From an uncultured bacterium (GTDB taxonomy: Bacteria > Babelota > Babeliae > Babelales > RVW-14), in the NCBI GenBank assembly GCA_963759805.1, contig CAVXAT010000001.1, positions 192,001 to 256,000 of the forward strand: a stretch of 64,000 bases of DNA, in the 5' to 3' direction. The notes beneath the pieces were generated by a model. It saw only the letters and a list, made by a program, of their open reading frames with translations, searched no databases and was not told the origin of the DNA. A program made the position numbers and the translations under genes. Of the stretch, positions 38,066 to 50,400 are shown in pieces; position 1 is the stretch's first letter; the number at the start of each line of letters is the position of its first letter.

Positions 38066-40142
38066 ATGGGAATGAAGTTTGTATCCAAAAACCTGACGAT
38101 CTTAACGGCGTTCGTATTTCTTACAGCACTGTTTTTTTCCAATTTATCTGCCGGTAATTTGGGCGGGTCGCCCGGCTATTTTGCATATCAGCCATTCAAT
38201 AACCTTTTCTATAACGCACAGTTTGCCAGAGGCTTTGCCAGAATGACTAATGGTTTTACTGTTGTTCCGCAGATCACAAGTGCTTCGATTGCTTATATGG
38301 ATTTGTGTCTCACTGTCTCGGGGCCGATTGATTTACGTAATGTAAATGAGATTTTCTTAGAATCAGATCTAATTTTGGATAATGGAGTTACATTCTCATC
38401 CGGTGGAGCTATTTATGGTTACGACAGAGCTTTGATTTTAAATGGCGACTTAACAATTCCTGCGAGCGCGATTATTCACATAGGTGATAGAATAATTATT
38501 GATGGCCGAGGGCATAAATTAATCCTGGGTAACGGTTCTCAGCTTTTTGTGGATACAAATGCAACTTTGACGCTAAGGAATTTGATCTTGCTCAATACTC
38601 AAAATAATCCAGGTAATCCACCAGTTTATTGTGCATCATTCGGAAGCAAACTTTGTTTGGATAATGTTGAGCTTGCACTTGCAAATGATTTTTATTTTAG
38701 TATGGGCCAACTTTTTATAAATGATGAAGTTGCCATAACCGGAACATCGGCATTTATTTATACATCGCCAATGCCAAGTTTTATAACTTCTGGGGCAAAA
38801 CTGTACTTTGATGTTGGAACGACGTTTTCAATTGCGCCTGCAACATTTACTGACTGTCCTTTTACAACTTTCCCAACGACAACAACAGATAATTTTATAA
38901 TAATGGCGGATCAAAGTTCACAGCTTTATTTAAATGGTTGTACCCTCTGTACAACAGCAACAGGGTGCAGATTTAGTAAAGGGACTATGCTGTTTGATAA
39001 TAAAGTTAATCTTAACAGTAATTCCGGTATGAGTATTTCGACGGCTAACCAGTTAACTGATGTTACAAGTGGAGGCGTTAGTACTAATGCAACTCCTCAG
39101 ACGGTATCATGGTCTCCTGATGGTAGATATATTGCTACATGTGATTCGGGAACTCAGTCGATGCAGATATTCAGTTTCAATGGAAATCTTTCGCCACATG
39201 CCATTTCGCTGCTTTGGACTGTCTCCGCAGGAGGAAACATATTGTCTCTTTTCTCCGGATGGCGAGTATATTGCAGTGAATACCTCAAATCAATTAGTTA
39301 TATTTTCATTTAATGGGGCTAACAGTATTCCGGAACCGTTTGGTGCTGCCACCATGACGAGTGGTTTCCTAGTTGCATGGTCACCGGATGGCAGATTTAT
39401 TGCCGGAGTTAACTCAGGAAATCTAAATGTGTATAGTTGCAATGGGGGCTTTATAACATCGGTTGCTACTGCTTCCGTTTCAGGTACTATTGTATTATGG
39501 TCACCGGGTGGACAATTTATATCAGTAATGAGTAACTCAGGGGTTATACAAATGTTCAAATTTAACGGCGTTAATGCCTTGACGCCTGTGGGAAACACGA
39601 CGGTTTCAGGAATTACCAATTCTTATGGAGGGGCATGGTCGCCCGATGGAAGGTTTTTAGCTATTTCTAATTATTCTTCACCCGGTAAGCTTCAGATACT
39701 TTCATTTAATGGAAGAGAAGCTCCAACATTGGTGGGCAGTGCTGCGACTACTGCCAACAATGTGCAAGGAATAGGATGGTCGCCTGATGGAAGATTTATA
39801 TCCGTGAGCAGTGATAAAGCCCCTGGCGTAATACAGATATTTGCATTTAACGGATCTAGTACGCCGACTCAGGTTGGGGGAAATATTTCTGTTTCAGGTG
39901 CTAATATTGAGGTTCCATGGTCGCCCGATGGAAAATATATAGCAGTGCTCCAACGTACTAACTCGGTGCTGCAAGTTTTCAAAGTAAACTACTTGGCAAC
40001 CAACCCTAACCCACAGGTGCTCTCCAACTCAATTGTGTTTGGTAACTCGGCCTTGGGTTCAAGTTATGATTTGAATGCAAGAGTTTTGGCAGGATCGCAA
40101 ATTGTGGTGGATGGATTATTAAATGATGATAATGTAAATTAA
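38066..40142 (+). pseudogene. secreted beta-solenoid + WD40-like propeller protein, frameshifted near 39248
   Basis: ORFs 38066-39313 and 39060-40142 together align end to end with paralog 40218; removing one base at ~39248 restores LS-FSPDGEY. Confidence 0.82.
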
Positions 40143-40163
40143 GTAATAAGGCTGTTACATATT

Positions 40164-40192
40164 ATGGATCCTGAAATAAATTCAGGATGACA
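40164..40192. repeat. family A palindrome
   Basis: ATGGATCCTGAAATAAATTCAGGATGACA. Confidence 0.8.
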
Positions 40193-40217
40193 GGTACAGC
40201 AAAGAAAAGAGAGCGAA

Positions 40218-42314
40218 ATGAAGTTTGTATCAAAAAACCTGACGATCTTTTTTTTAACGGCGTTCGTATTTCTTATAGCACTGTTTTTTCCCAACTTATC
40301 TGCAGCTAGTCTTGGCGGATCGCCCGGTTATTTTGCATTCCAGCCTTTCAACAATGTTTTTTATGATCAGCAATCTGCTACTGGTGTTGTCAGAATGGAT
40401 AATGGATTTACAGTTGCAAAAGCTGCCAGTGGAATTGGGAATACACATGGATCTTCTGTTTACATGGACACATGCATCTCTGTCTCCGGTGCTATTGATT
40501 TACGCCAAACAAATACCATCTTTCTTCGATCAGATTTAACCCTGGATAATGGAGTTACATTTTCTTCGGGTGGAAATATTTATGGGTATGACAGAGCGCT
40601 GATTTTAAATGGCGACTTAACAATTCCGGCCGGAATTGTTATTCACATAGGCGACAGAATAGTTATTGATGGTCGAGGGCATAAATTAAACCTTGGCAAC
40701 AGCGCACAACTTTTTGTGGATGCAAATGCAACTCTGACTTTGAAAAATTTAGTTTTAGATGGTACTCAAAACCAGCCGGGACATCCAATGGTTCAGTGCG
40801 CAACTCCGGCCAGCAAACTCTGCCTTGATAATTCTGAGATTATACCCGGAGGCGACTTCTGGTTTAATCAAGGCCAACTTTTCATTCACAACGATGTTGC
40901 AGTTACGGGTACGTCGGCGCTTGTGTACAGAACGACAAAGCCTTTGATGATAACCTCAGAAGGTAGACTATTTTTTGATGTTAATACCACTTTTTCAGTT
41001 GCGCCGGCAACATTTACCGACTGTCCATATTCAACTTTTCCAACAACAACAACAAATAATTTTATTTGGATGGCTGATCAAACATCACAGCTTTATTTAA
41101 ATGGTTGTACTCTTTGTACAACAGCAACGGGATGCAGATTTAGGACCGGCACATTACTGTTTGATAATAAAGTAAATCTTAAAAGTAATTCCGGAATGAG
41201 CATTTCGACATCCAATCCGTTAACGGATTTATCAAACGGTGGTGTTACTACGAATACAACACCGCAGCAGGTGGCATGGTCGCCTGATAGCAGATATGTC
41301 GCCACAGAGAATAATGGTGGAACAGCGGGGGTACAAATATTCAGTTTTAATCCAAACATTTCGCCTCAGGCTGTTTCATTGCTTTGGACTATTACGACAG
41401 ACTATGGGAATTTTTCTTTTTCTCCGGATGACAGATTTTTAGCAATTGCCGGAAACAATACTTTACGTCTTTCTATATATTTATTAAACGGGGCTAGCAG
41501 TGCTCCGACACTGCTAGGTAGTGTTCCTATTCTAGCCGGTGGACTGCCGGTATGGTCGCCGGATGGTAGATTTATAGCATTGCCTAGTACAAGTAATGTG
41601 TTAAATGTATACCGATTCAACGGTATATCTCCGGTGCAAGTTGCCACTGTCACCGGTTCAGGTGCCCAGTGGTTATCATGGTCACCTGATGGACAATTTA
41701 TAGCTGAAGTGTCAGTTGGAGGGGTTATTCAGATATTCAAATTTAACGGTATTAACACTTTGACATCGGTGGGGAGCACATCTACAGGTTTTGGTTCTGT
41801 GTATGGAATGTCATGGTCACCGGATGGAAGATTTCTGGCTATTCCAAATAACGCTGCGAATGGACTTGCGGTGTACTTTTTTAATGGGAGAGAAGCCCCG
41901 ACGTTGGTGGGCAGTACTGTGGCTGCAGCAGCCAACGCACAAATAATTTCATGGTCACCGGACGGAAGATTTATAGTTACAAGCAACAGCGCTTCTACTG
42001 TTTTGCAAATATTTTCATTTAATGGCTCCTCTGCGCCAACTCAGGTTGGGGGGAACATTACTATTGCCCATGCTGCTATCGGTGCCGCATGGTCACCGGA
42101 TGGGAATTTTATAGCAGCATTCGAGCGTGCTGCAAACAAGCTGCAGGTTTTTAGAATAAATTATGTTGCGACCAATCCATCACCCCAAAACCTGTCCAAC
42201 TCAACTGTTTTTGGCAACTCAGCGTTGGGATCAAGTTATGATTTAAGCGCTCGACTATTGTCAGAGTCGCAGGGTGTCATTGATGGAATAGTAAATGATG
42301 ATAATGTAAATTAA
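40218..42314 (+). CDS. secreted beta-solenoid + WD40-like propeller protein
   Basis: Signal peptide, seven (W/F)SPD(G/D/S) blades, C-terminal VFGNS...NDDNVN. Confidence 0.85.
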   Translation: MKFVSKNLTIFFLTAFVFLIALFFPNLSAASLGGSPGYFAFQPFNNVFYDQQSATGVVRMDNGFTVAKAASGIGNTHGSSVYMDTCISVSGAIDLRQTNTIFLRSDLTLDNGVTFSSGGNIYGYDRALILNGDLTIPAGIVIHIGDRIVIDGRGHKLNLGNSAQLFVDANATLTLKNLVLDGTQNQPGHPMVQCATPASKLCLDNSEIIPGGDFWFNQGQLFIHNDVAVTGTSALVYRTTKPLMITSEGRLFFDVNTTFSVAPATFTDCPYSTFPTTTTNNFIWMADQTSQLYLNGCTLCTTATGCRFRTGTLLFDNKVNLKSNSGMSISTSNPLTDLSNGGVTTNTTPQQVAWSPDSRYVATENNGGTAGVQIFSFNPNISPQAVSLLWTITTDYGNFSFSPDDRFLAIAGNNTLRLSIYLLNGASSAPTLLGSVPILAGGLPVWSPDGRFIALPSTSNVLNVYRFNGISPVQVATVTGSGAQWLSWSPDGQFIAEVSVGGVIQIFKFNGINTLTSVGSTSTGFGSVYGMSWSPDGRFLAIPNNAANGLAVYFFNGREAPTLVGSTVAAAANAQIISWSPDGRFIVTSNSASTVLQIFSFNGSSAPTQVGGNITIAHAAIGAAWSPDGNFIAAFERAANKLQVFRINYVATNPSPQNLSNSTVFGNSALGSSYDLSARLLSESQGVIDGIVNDDNVN

Positions 42315-42347
42315 CCCTCCTTCGCTCTAACGTAGCTACGGAGGGCA
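42315..42347. repeat. short family B hairpin
   Basis: CCCTCCTTCGC-TCTAACGTA-GCTACGGAGGG. Confidence 0.65.
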
Positions 42348-42377
42348 TAGAAATAAAGTTACGAGATTGGAGAAAGT

Positions 42378-44456
42378 ATGCGTGTGCAGTATAAAATTGT
42401 TTTGGTTACTTGCTTATTAACTATCAATATTTTGGGGCACATCCAATGTGGCAGTCTGCTTGGTCGTGCCGGGGTACTGTACACAACAACGCACAATATT
42501 TTTAAGGATCAACAGAGTGCCATTGGTTTGGTTAGGATGGCAAATGGTTTTACACTTGCACCGGCTGCAGCGCATGGATCCTCTGGTTCTGTTTACATGG
42601 ACACGTGCATCTCCGTCTCCGGTGCAATCGATTTACGTGAAACAAACACAATAATTCTTCTTGCAGATTTAAATCTTGATAACGGGGTTACATTTTCTTC
42701 CGGTGGAAGATTGTATGGTTACGACAGAGAATTAATTCTGAATGGCGATTTAACAATTCCTGCCGGAAAGGTTATTCACACGGGAGGAAGAGTAGTTATT
42801 AATGGCCAAGGGCATACATTAAACCTTGGGGGCAGATCACAGCTTTTTGTTGATACCGGGGCTACGCTGACGCTGAAAAATCTAATTGTGCAAGGTACGC
42901 TGAACAGTCCGGGAAGCCCTGTCATCCAGTGTGCATCTTCCCGAAGCCAACTTTGTTTGGATAATGCTGAGCTTGATCTTCCCAATGATTTTTATTTTAA
43001 TCAAGGCAGCATGTTTGTTCATAATGATGTTGCTGTAACCGGTACGTCAGCATTCTTTTACAGTTCGTGCCAGCCAAGCTTTATAACTTCAGGGGCAAAA
43101 TTGTACTTTGATGTCGGCACAACACTTGATTTTTATCCGAGCACAACCGGAACGCCTTCGCTTTTGGCAAAAGATTTATTGTTTATGTCCGATTCGACAA
43201 GTCAGCTTTATTTAAACGGTTGCACCCTTAAATCAACTTATACCGGATTTCGTTTAACCCAGGGACAATTGTTGTTTGATAATAAAGTATCAATGACAAG
43301 TGCGGCAGCCCTTCGACTCGTCGACTTTTCTACTACTGTCACTAATTGGCAGGCATCATCAAGAGCTGCTTGTGTCGATTGGCACCCTTCGGGAAAGTAC
43401 GTTGCATTTGGTGTTGATAGTGGGCCTGCCGGCTCTATCAGATTTGTAGTTCTAGGGTTTAATGGGACATCCTTTACCCCTATTACTCAAACTGCGACAT
43501 GGTTAATCTTTTGTCTTGGGGCTAGTTGGAGTCCGGATGGAAGATATTTAGCCTGTGCCGGGCAGGATTCATCAAATACCTATGTAAGAGTTTATTCTTT
43601 TAACGGAGCAACTCTTACGCAGGTAGCTTTTGTATCAAGTGGTGGTACTGAGGCCTGGACCGCTCGTTGGAGCCCCGATGGCCGTTATCTTGCGGTTTCT
43701 TCTAATTGGAGCTCAAATCAATTAGCTATTTATGCATTTACAGGAGTTTCTCTTAATTTTGTTACATCAGCGAATGTAGGAGGAATTTCCTTTGGCTCAT
43801 GTTGGAATCCTGATGGACAAACCATTGCTGTAGGTAATGCTGGCAGTGGGCTTGCAATATACAAATTTACGGGGTCGTCATTAGTTTCACTGGATAGTGA
43901 CCCTATTTCTGGTGCTGCTGATACTGTTTGGAGTCCAGATGGAAGATTTCTAGCAACTGCAGCATCGACAGCTGCAGCCCCTATGTTCTGGGTTCATTAC
44001 TTTACCGGTAGCGCATTAGTGCGTGTTGCTTCTTATACAGGCACAACAGGCGCTTCGGGCTACACCGCTTCCTGGGATAAAACCGGACGTTACGTTGCAT
44101 TTTGCGGACAAGATGCAACAACAGCGAATTTTAACGCTATTGTTTTTCAACTTGTGGGGAACACGCTTTCACAAGTTGGCACATTTAAACTTACTAATAG
44201 TTATGCTCGTGGTATTGCATTCAGCCCTGATAACAATTTTTTGGCTATTGCCGGTAATGCTGCCAATTCACCATCATTTGAGGAGGTGCAGATACAGGCA
44301 TTACACTGGAAATATGAGACACAAACTCAGGCACTGTCCAACGCGATTGTTTTTGGCAACTCGGCCTTGGGTGCAAGTTATGATTTGTATGCAAGAGTTT
44401 TGGCAGGGTCGCAGGTTGTCATTGATGGAATATTAAATGATGATAATGTGAATTAG
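42378..44456 (+). CDS. secreted beta-solenoid + WD40-like propeller protein
   Basis: Same architecture and C-terminus as the upstream paralogs; divergent propeller. Confidence 0.85.
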   Translation: MRVQYKIVLVTCLLTINILGHIQCGSLLGRAGVLYTTTHNIFKDQQSAIGLVRMANGFTLAPAAAHGSSGSVYMDTCISVSGAIDLRETNTIILLADLNLDNGVTFSSGGRLYGYDRELILNGDLTIPAGKVIHTGGRVVINGQGHTLNLGGRSQLFVDTGATLTLKNLIVQGTLNSPGSPVIQCASSRSQLCLDNAELDLPNDFYFNQGSMFVHNDVAVTGTSAFFYSSCQPSFITSGAKLYFDVGTTLDFYPSTTGTPSLLAKDLLFMSDSTSQLYLNGCTLKSTYTGFRLTQGQLLFDNKVSMTSAAALRLVDFSTTVTNWQASSRAACVDWHPSGKYVAFGVDSGPAGSIRFVVLGFNGTSFTPITQTATWLIFCLGASWSPDGRYLACAGQDSSNTYVRVYSFNGATLTQVAFVSSGGTEAWTARWSPDGRYLAVSSNWSSNQLAIYAFTGVSLNFVTSANVGGISFGSCWNPDGQTIAVGNAGSGLAIYKFTGSSLVSLDSDPISGAADTVWSPDGRFLATAASTAAAPMFWVHYFTGSALVRVASYTGTTGASGYTASWDKTGRYVAFCGQDATTANFNAIVFQLVGNTLSQVGTFKLTNSYARGIAFSPDNNFLAIAGNAANSPSFEEVQIQALHWKYETQTQALSNAIVFGNSALGASYDLYARVLAGSQVVIDGILNDDNVN

Positions 44457-44497
44457 TCATAACAACAAAAAAGAGAGAAAGAAAGAGAGAGGGTTTT

Positions 44498-47400
44498 ATG
44501 GAATTAGGATTCAAAAGGATATTAGCTGTTGTAGCAGTTATTGGCGTGTTCTTGCTTAATCCAATGTTTGCAACAGTTTCATTTGATAATATCAATTCGC
44601 AATTTATATTAAAAAACAGCAATTCTGAGATTAGATTAAATCCTGCTGCGGTTCTTGGATGGCAAGATAGCTCTATAATTGCCAACGTTGTAAACGCCGG
44701 CTTGGGCGATTATAATCTACTATTGGATGCCAAAAATATAGGCAACTCAACATATCCAAGTTCAGGGAACATCATAAACTATCCCGGAGTGCCGAACACT
44801 TTGATAGGTTCGAATTGGAACATACAGCCAAACATAATTATTCACGTCACTGCAAATGCCGTTCTTGATGGCAATGGAAACACAATAAATCTTGGTGCCA
44901 ATTCTGAAATTTTTGTTGATGACACTGTGACACTTACGTTGCGAAATGTTGTAATTGATAATACCGAAAATTTTGCCGGCAATCCGCCAATAAAACTTGC
45001 AACGAGCAGGAGCAAGGTTGTTTTTGATAATGCAAGATTAAATTTATCAAATGATTTCTACTTTGATCGTGGTCAGATATTTTTTTACAACGATGTTAAC
45101 GTCACGGGTACTAGTGCAATTATTTATCGCTCTGCAAGTCCAAGTTATATAATGTCGGGTGCAAATCTTAAATTTAATTCTGGGACGACATTGGCCTTCG
45201 CGCCGTCTACAACGGGTGCATCGGGAATTTTGGCAAAAGATTTATTTGTAATGGGTGATGCGACATCAAAGTTGACATTGGATGGAGCATCATTTAAAAC
45301 AACACTGACAGGAATGCGTCTGACCAAAGGACAGTTACTGCTTGGTAATAAAATTACAATGACAAGTGTGGCATCATTACGAGCTACGGGTACAAGTTCC
45401 GTATTTACGCTTCCATCTTACAATGGTGCGCCACTAGCAAGAGCATTCAGTGAAATTGACACGTTGCAGTGGAGCCCTGATGGAAGAATGTTAGCCGCAG
45501 CGGGACATACAAGAGAAAAACCACAGGCCCAGAACGTTGCGGTCTATCTCTTTTCCGGATCAACCACAACAACATTGGCCGCGACTGCCTTTTCCGTGAC
45601 GTCATCAGGTGTGTCGTGGAGTCCTGATGGGCAGTATTTGGCGGCGGGTGGAAAGGTATTCGTACCTACTTCGTTGGGACTTAGTGTATCAACATCGAAT
45701 GTACAAGTTTATTCTATTGTGAATAATACCCTTTCGACAGTTGCGCAGACAAATCTTGGAACAACTCTTGCATCATACGCAGGGCCGGTGAGTTGGAGCC
45801 CTGGCGGTCACTACCTGGCTGTTGGTGGGAACATGCGAGGTTTGACGATCTACCAGTTCAATGGAACTACTCTGAATCAGATTTCAACTGCAACTTCAGG
45901 TTCTGCAAATACAAATGAAGTATTAGGAATTGCTTGGCATCCAAGTGGGAAATATGTTGCGGTTGCTACAAATTTTGTACAGGGAGGGTCAGGTGCAGCC
46001 GGTAGCGTAACCATTTATCAAGTTAATAACGGGGTACTTGTTGCATCTGCATTTGCCGCCAGAAGTTATGGAATCGCTGGATCGGGTGGTTATGCAACAA
46101 GTGTTTCATGGAGTCCGGATGGGAATTTCTTGGCAGCGACGGGAGCAACCTCAGTCTCTGCGGGTGTAATAAATGTTTATACATTTACTCCAGCAACATC
46201 TGCCCTTACAGTAGCTGCAACTTCACCATTTGGAACAATCGCAAGGGTTGTAAAATGGAGTCCTGATGGGAGATTCCTACTGGTAGGAGGAAATAACGGT
46301 ACGGCAGATTTGACATTGTATCTGGAATTTACAGGTTCCGGGTTAGGGATCATACAAACGATCTCTTACGGGAAATCAATTTATACTAGCGACCTGAGTC
46401 CAAACGGTTTATACCTTGCACTTGGTGGTGTCAGTCCTACCGCGGTAGGACCGACCGACGGAGAACTTGAGATAGGCATAGTTGCCTATGGTCAAGAGAC
46501 AACTCTTCAAGCTGTATCAAATTCAATTGTATTTGGTAACTCAGGCTCAGGCTCAAGTTATGATTTGAATTTACAATTACTTTCAGGCGCAAACGTTTCA
46601 GTCGACGGAATAGTTAACTATGATAACGTAAATTCAACATCGATATTTAGTAATAACAATGCAAGTTTTGTGTTAAAAAATAGCAATTCTGAGATTAAAC
46701 TCAGGCCTGCAACGGTTCTTGGCTGGCAGGATAGTTCGATAATTGCCAACGTTGTAAACGCCGGCTTGGGCGATTATAATCTGTTGTTGGATGCCAAAAA
46801 TATAGGCAACTCAACATATCTAAGTTCAGGTAACATAATAAACTATCCCGGAGTGCCGAACACTTTGATAGGTTCGAACTGGAACATACAGCAAAACACA
46901 ATTATTCACGTTACTGCAAATGCCGTTCTTGATGGCAATAACAACACAATAAATCTTGGCGCAAACTCGCAAATTTTTGTTGATGACACTGTAACTTTAA
47001 CGTTGCGAAACGTTATGATCAGCAACAACCAAAATTTTGCAAATAATCCGCCAATAAAACTTGCGACAAGCAGAAGTAAACTTGTTCTTGATAATGCAAG
47101 ATTGAACTTTGTAAATGATTTTTACTTCAACCAGGGCGAACTGTTTTGTTACAACGATGTTAACTTCACGGGAACAAGTTCATTTATTTATCGTTCAACT
47201 GTTCCAAGTCAAATCATGTCTGGAGCAAATCTTAAATTTAATCCAAAGACTACATTCTACTTTGAACCTGCTACAAGCGGTGTGACAGGACTTTTGGCAA
47301 AAGACCTTTTAATGATGGGTGATGCGACATCTAAGTTGACATTGGATGGAGCAACGCTTAAAACAACGCTAACTGGCATGCGTCTGACTCAAGGACAGTT

Positions 47401-50400
47401 GCTGCTTAGTAATAATGTGACTATGACAAGTGCAACGTCATTCAGGGCGACGGGCACAAATGCCGTTCTTACACTTGGTACTGGTATCGCAAACGCATTC
47501 AGCGAAATTGACAATTTGCAGTGGAGTCCTGACGGGAGAAAGTTGGCGGTAGCGGGGCAGACGCGAGCAGTAACATACTCAGCGGGCGTATCTGGTAACC
47601 TTGCAGTGTACCTCTTTTCCGGAACGACAACGTCAACTCTGAGCACTGTAGATTTCTCGGTGACGGCATCTGGGGTTTCATGGAGTCCTGACGGACAGTA
47701 TCTGGCGGCGGGTGGCAAGGTGTATCTGCCGGCATCTTTAGGTCTTTCGGTATCAACATCGAACCTGCAAATTTACTCCGCTGCTAATAACTTTTCTTCA
47801 CCGGTAGTGCAGACAAATCTTGGAACAACCAGAGCCTCATACACTGGACCTGTGAGCTGGAGCCCTGATGGGCGCTATCTGGCAGTTGGTGGCAACATGC
47901 GAAACTTGACGATATACCAGTTTAACGGCAGTGCTTTGAGTCAAGTTTCAGCAACCACTGGCGTATCAGAGGTTCTAGGTATTTCTTGGCATCCAAGCGG
48001 AAAATATATAGCGATTGCTACAAACTCCGCAACGGCAAATAGTATAGCCGTTTATTCTGTTGCTAACGGAGTGCTTGGTGGGTCACCATTATCAACAAAA
48101 AACTATACGGCGGGGTATGGAACAAGTGTTGCATGGAGTCCTGATGGAAACTACTTGGCAACAACAGGGCTGGTTTCGAGTGTCGGTACAATGTATGTTT
48201 ATTCAGTTAATTCAGCGGCTACCACATTGACACAAATTTCAGTTTTATCGTTTGGGACAAGTGCAAGAACGGTAAAGTGGAGCTCGGATGGAAGATTTTT
48301 ACTTGTGGGTGGAAATGATACCGCCTCAAGAGATCTGATACTCTATATAGAATTTCCGTCATTGACTTTCATACAAACAATATCTTTTGGTACATACATT
48401 TATAGTACTGATGTTCATCCAAATGGTCTTTATCTGGCAGCCGGTGGTTATACTACTGCCCCTTCGACACCTTATTATACACTTAATATTGCAAGTATTG
48501 CCTATGGTCAAGAGACGACGCCTCAGGCGATCTCCAATTCGATTGTCTTTGGTAACTCGGCTGCCGGATCAGTATCAGATTTAAGCGTTCAGCTACTTTC
48601 CGGTGCAAACGTCTCAGTCGATGGAATATTGAATTATGATAACACCCTTGGCTACACAATGTTTAGCAACGACAATGCAAGGTTTGTTCTGAAAAACAGC
48701 GCTTCCGAAATTCGCATGACTCCAAACACTGTGGTTGGCTGGAAAAACAGCTCATTAATTGATTCGGTTGCTGGCATTGGGCAGGGTGATTATAACCTAC
48801 TAGCCGACGATGCTAATTTTGATAAAATTTTGCCATTTCAAGGCATCCCAAATACATTGACAAGTCTTGGATGGAACGTTCCTGCCAACACCATAATACA
48901 CATCGACAGCAACACTGTGATTAACGGTAATGGCAATACAATTAACCTTGGCAATAATTCAGAGTTATTTGTTGATGACAATGTGACCTTGACTTTAAGA
49001 AACGTGATTATTAGCAACGCCGAAAATTTTGTAGGAAATCCTGCAATCAAACTTGCATCGAACAGAAGCCAGCTTGTGCTTGATAACTCAACATTAAATA
49101 TTGTTGGTGACTTTTATTTTGATCGCGGTCAACTTTTTGCTTACAACGATGTAAATATAAACGGTACGAGTGCATTTATTTATCGTTCTACAAAACCAAG
49201 TTATATAAAATCAGGTGCAAATCTTAAGTTTAATCCTGGTACGACATTTTCATTTGCGCCATCTACCACCGGTATGCTTGGATTGTTGGCAAAAGATCTA
49301 TTGATAATGAGCGATGCAAGTTCGAAAATTACATTGAATGGAGCAACTCTTAAAACAACATATACCGGATTGCGTTTAACTACAGGGCAGTTGTTACTTG
49401 ATAATAAAGTTTCAATGACGAGCGCTGCTGTTTTGGGGATAACAAGTTTTTACTCCAACATTGTATCATCGCCTAGTTATAATGGCTTCATTTGGTCAGT
49501 TGCATGGAGCCCTGATGGTCGTTATGTTGCATGTGGCGGAGGGACTACAGACAAAGTTAATGTGTATCAGTTTACAGGAACAAGTTTAACGCAAGTAGCA
49601 CAATCTGCATCATACGGCAACACCATTTATTCAGTTGCATGGAGTCCTGATGGTCGTTATGTTGCATGTGGTGGAGCGAATACCAACACGGTTAATGTGT
49701 ATCAGTTTACAGGAACGAGTTTAACACAAGTAGCACAATCTGCCTCATATGTTAATACAATTATATCAGTTGCATGGAGTCCTGATGGTCGTTATGTTGC
49801 ATGTGGAGGAGGGACTAACACGGTTAATGTGTATCAGTTTACAGGAACAAATTTAACGCAAGTTGCACAATCTGCTTCATACGGCGGTAGCATTAGTTCA
49901 GTTGCATGGAGTCCTGATGGTCGTTATGTTGCATGTGGAGGAGGGACTAACACGGTTAATGTGTATCAGTTTACAGGAACAAATTTAACGCAAGTAGCAC
50001 AATCTGCTTCATACGGCGGTATAATTCAGTCAGTTGCATGGAGTCTTGATGGTCGTTATGTTGCATGTGGTGGAGGGACTACCAACAAGATTAACGTGTA
50101 TCAGTTTACAGGAACGAGTTTAACGCAAGTTGCACAATCTGCTTCATACGGCGGTGGCATTATTTCAGTTGCATGGAGTCTTGATGGTCGTTATGTTGCA
50201 TGTGGTGGAGGGACTACCAACAAGATTAACGTGTATCAGTTTACAGGAACGAGTTTAACGCAAGTTGCACAATCTGTTACATACAACGGGCAAATTGAAT
50301 CACTTGCATGGAGTCTTGATGGTCGTTATGTTGCATGTGGTGGACAGAATACCAACACAGTTAATGTGTATCAGCCGCATTATCAAGCAATAGCCACTCC

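Noticed and set aside
49470..50375. Diversity-generating retroelement target in the variable WD40 blades
   Set aside because: No reverse transcriptase or non-coding template repeat in the window; differences are not confined to adenine positions
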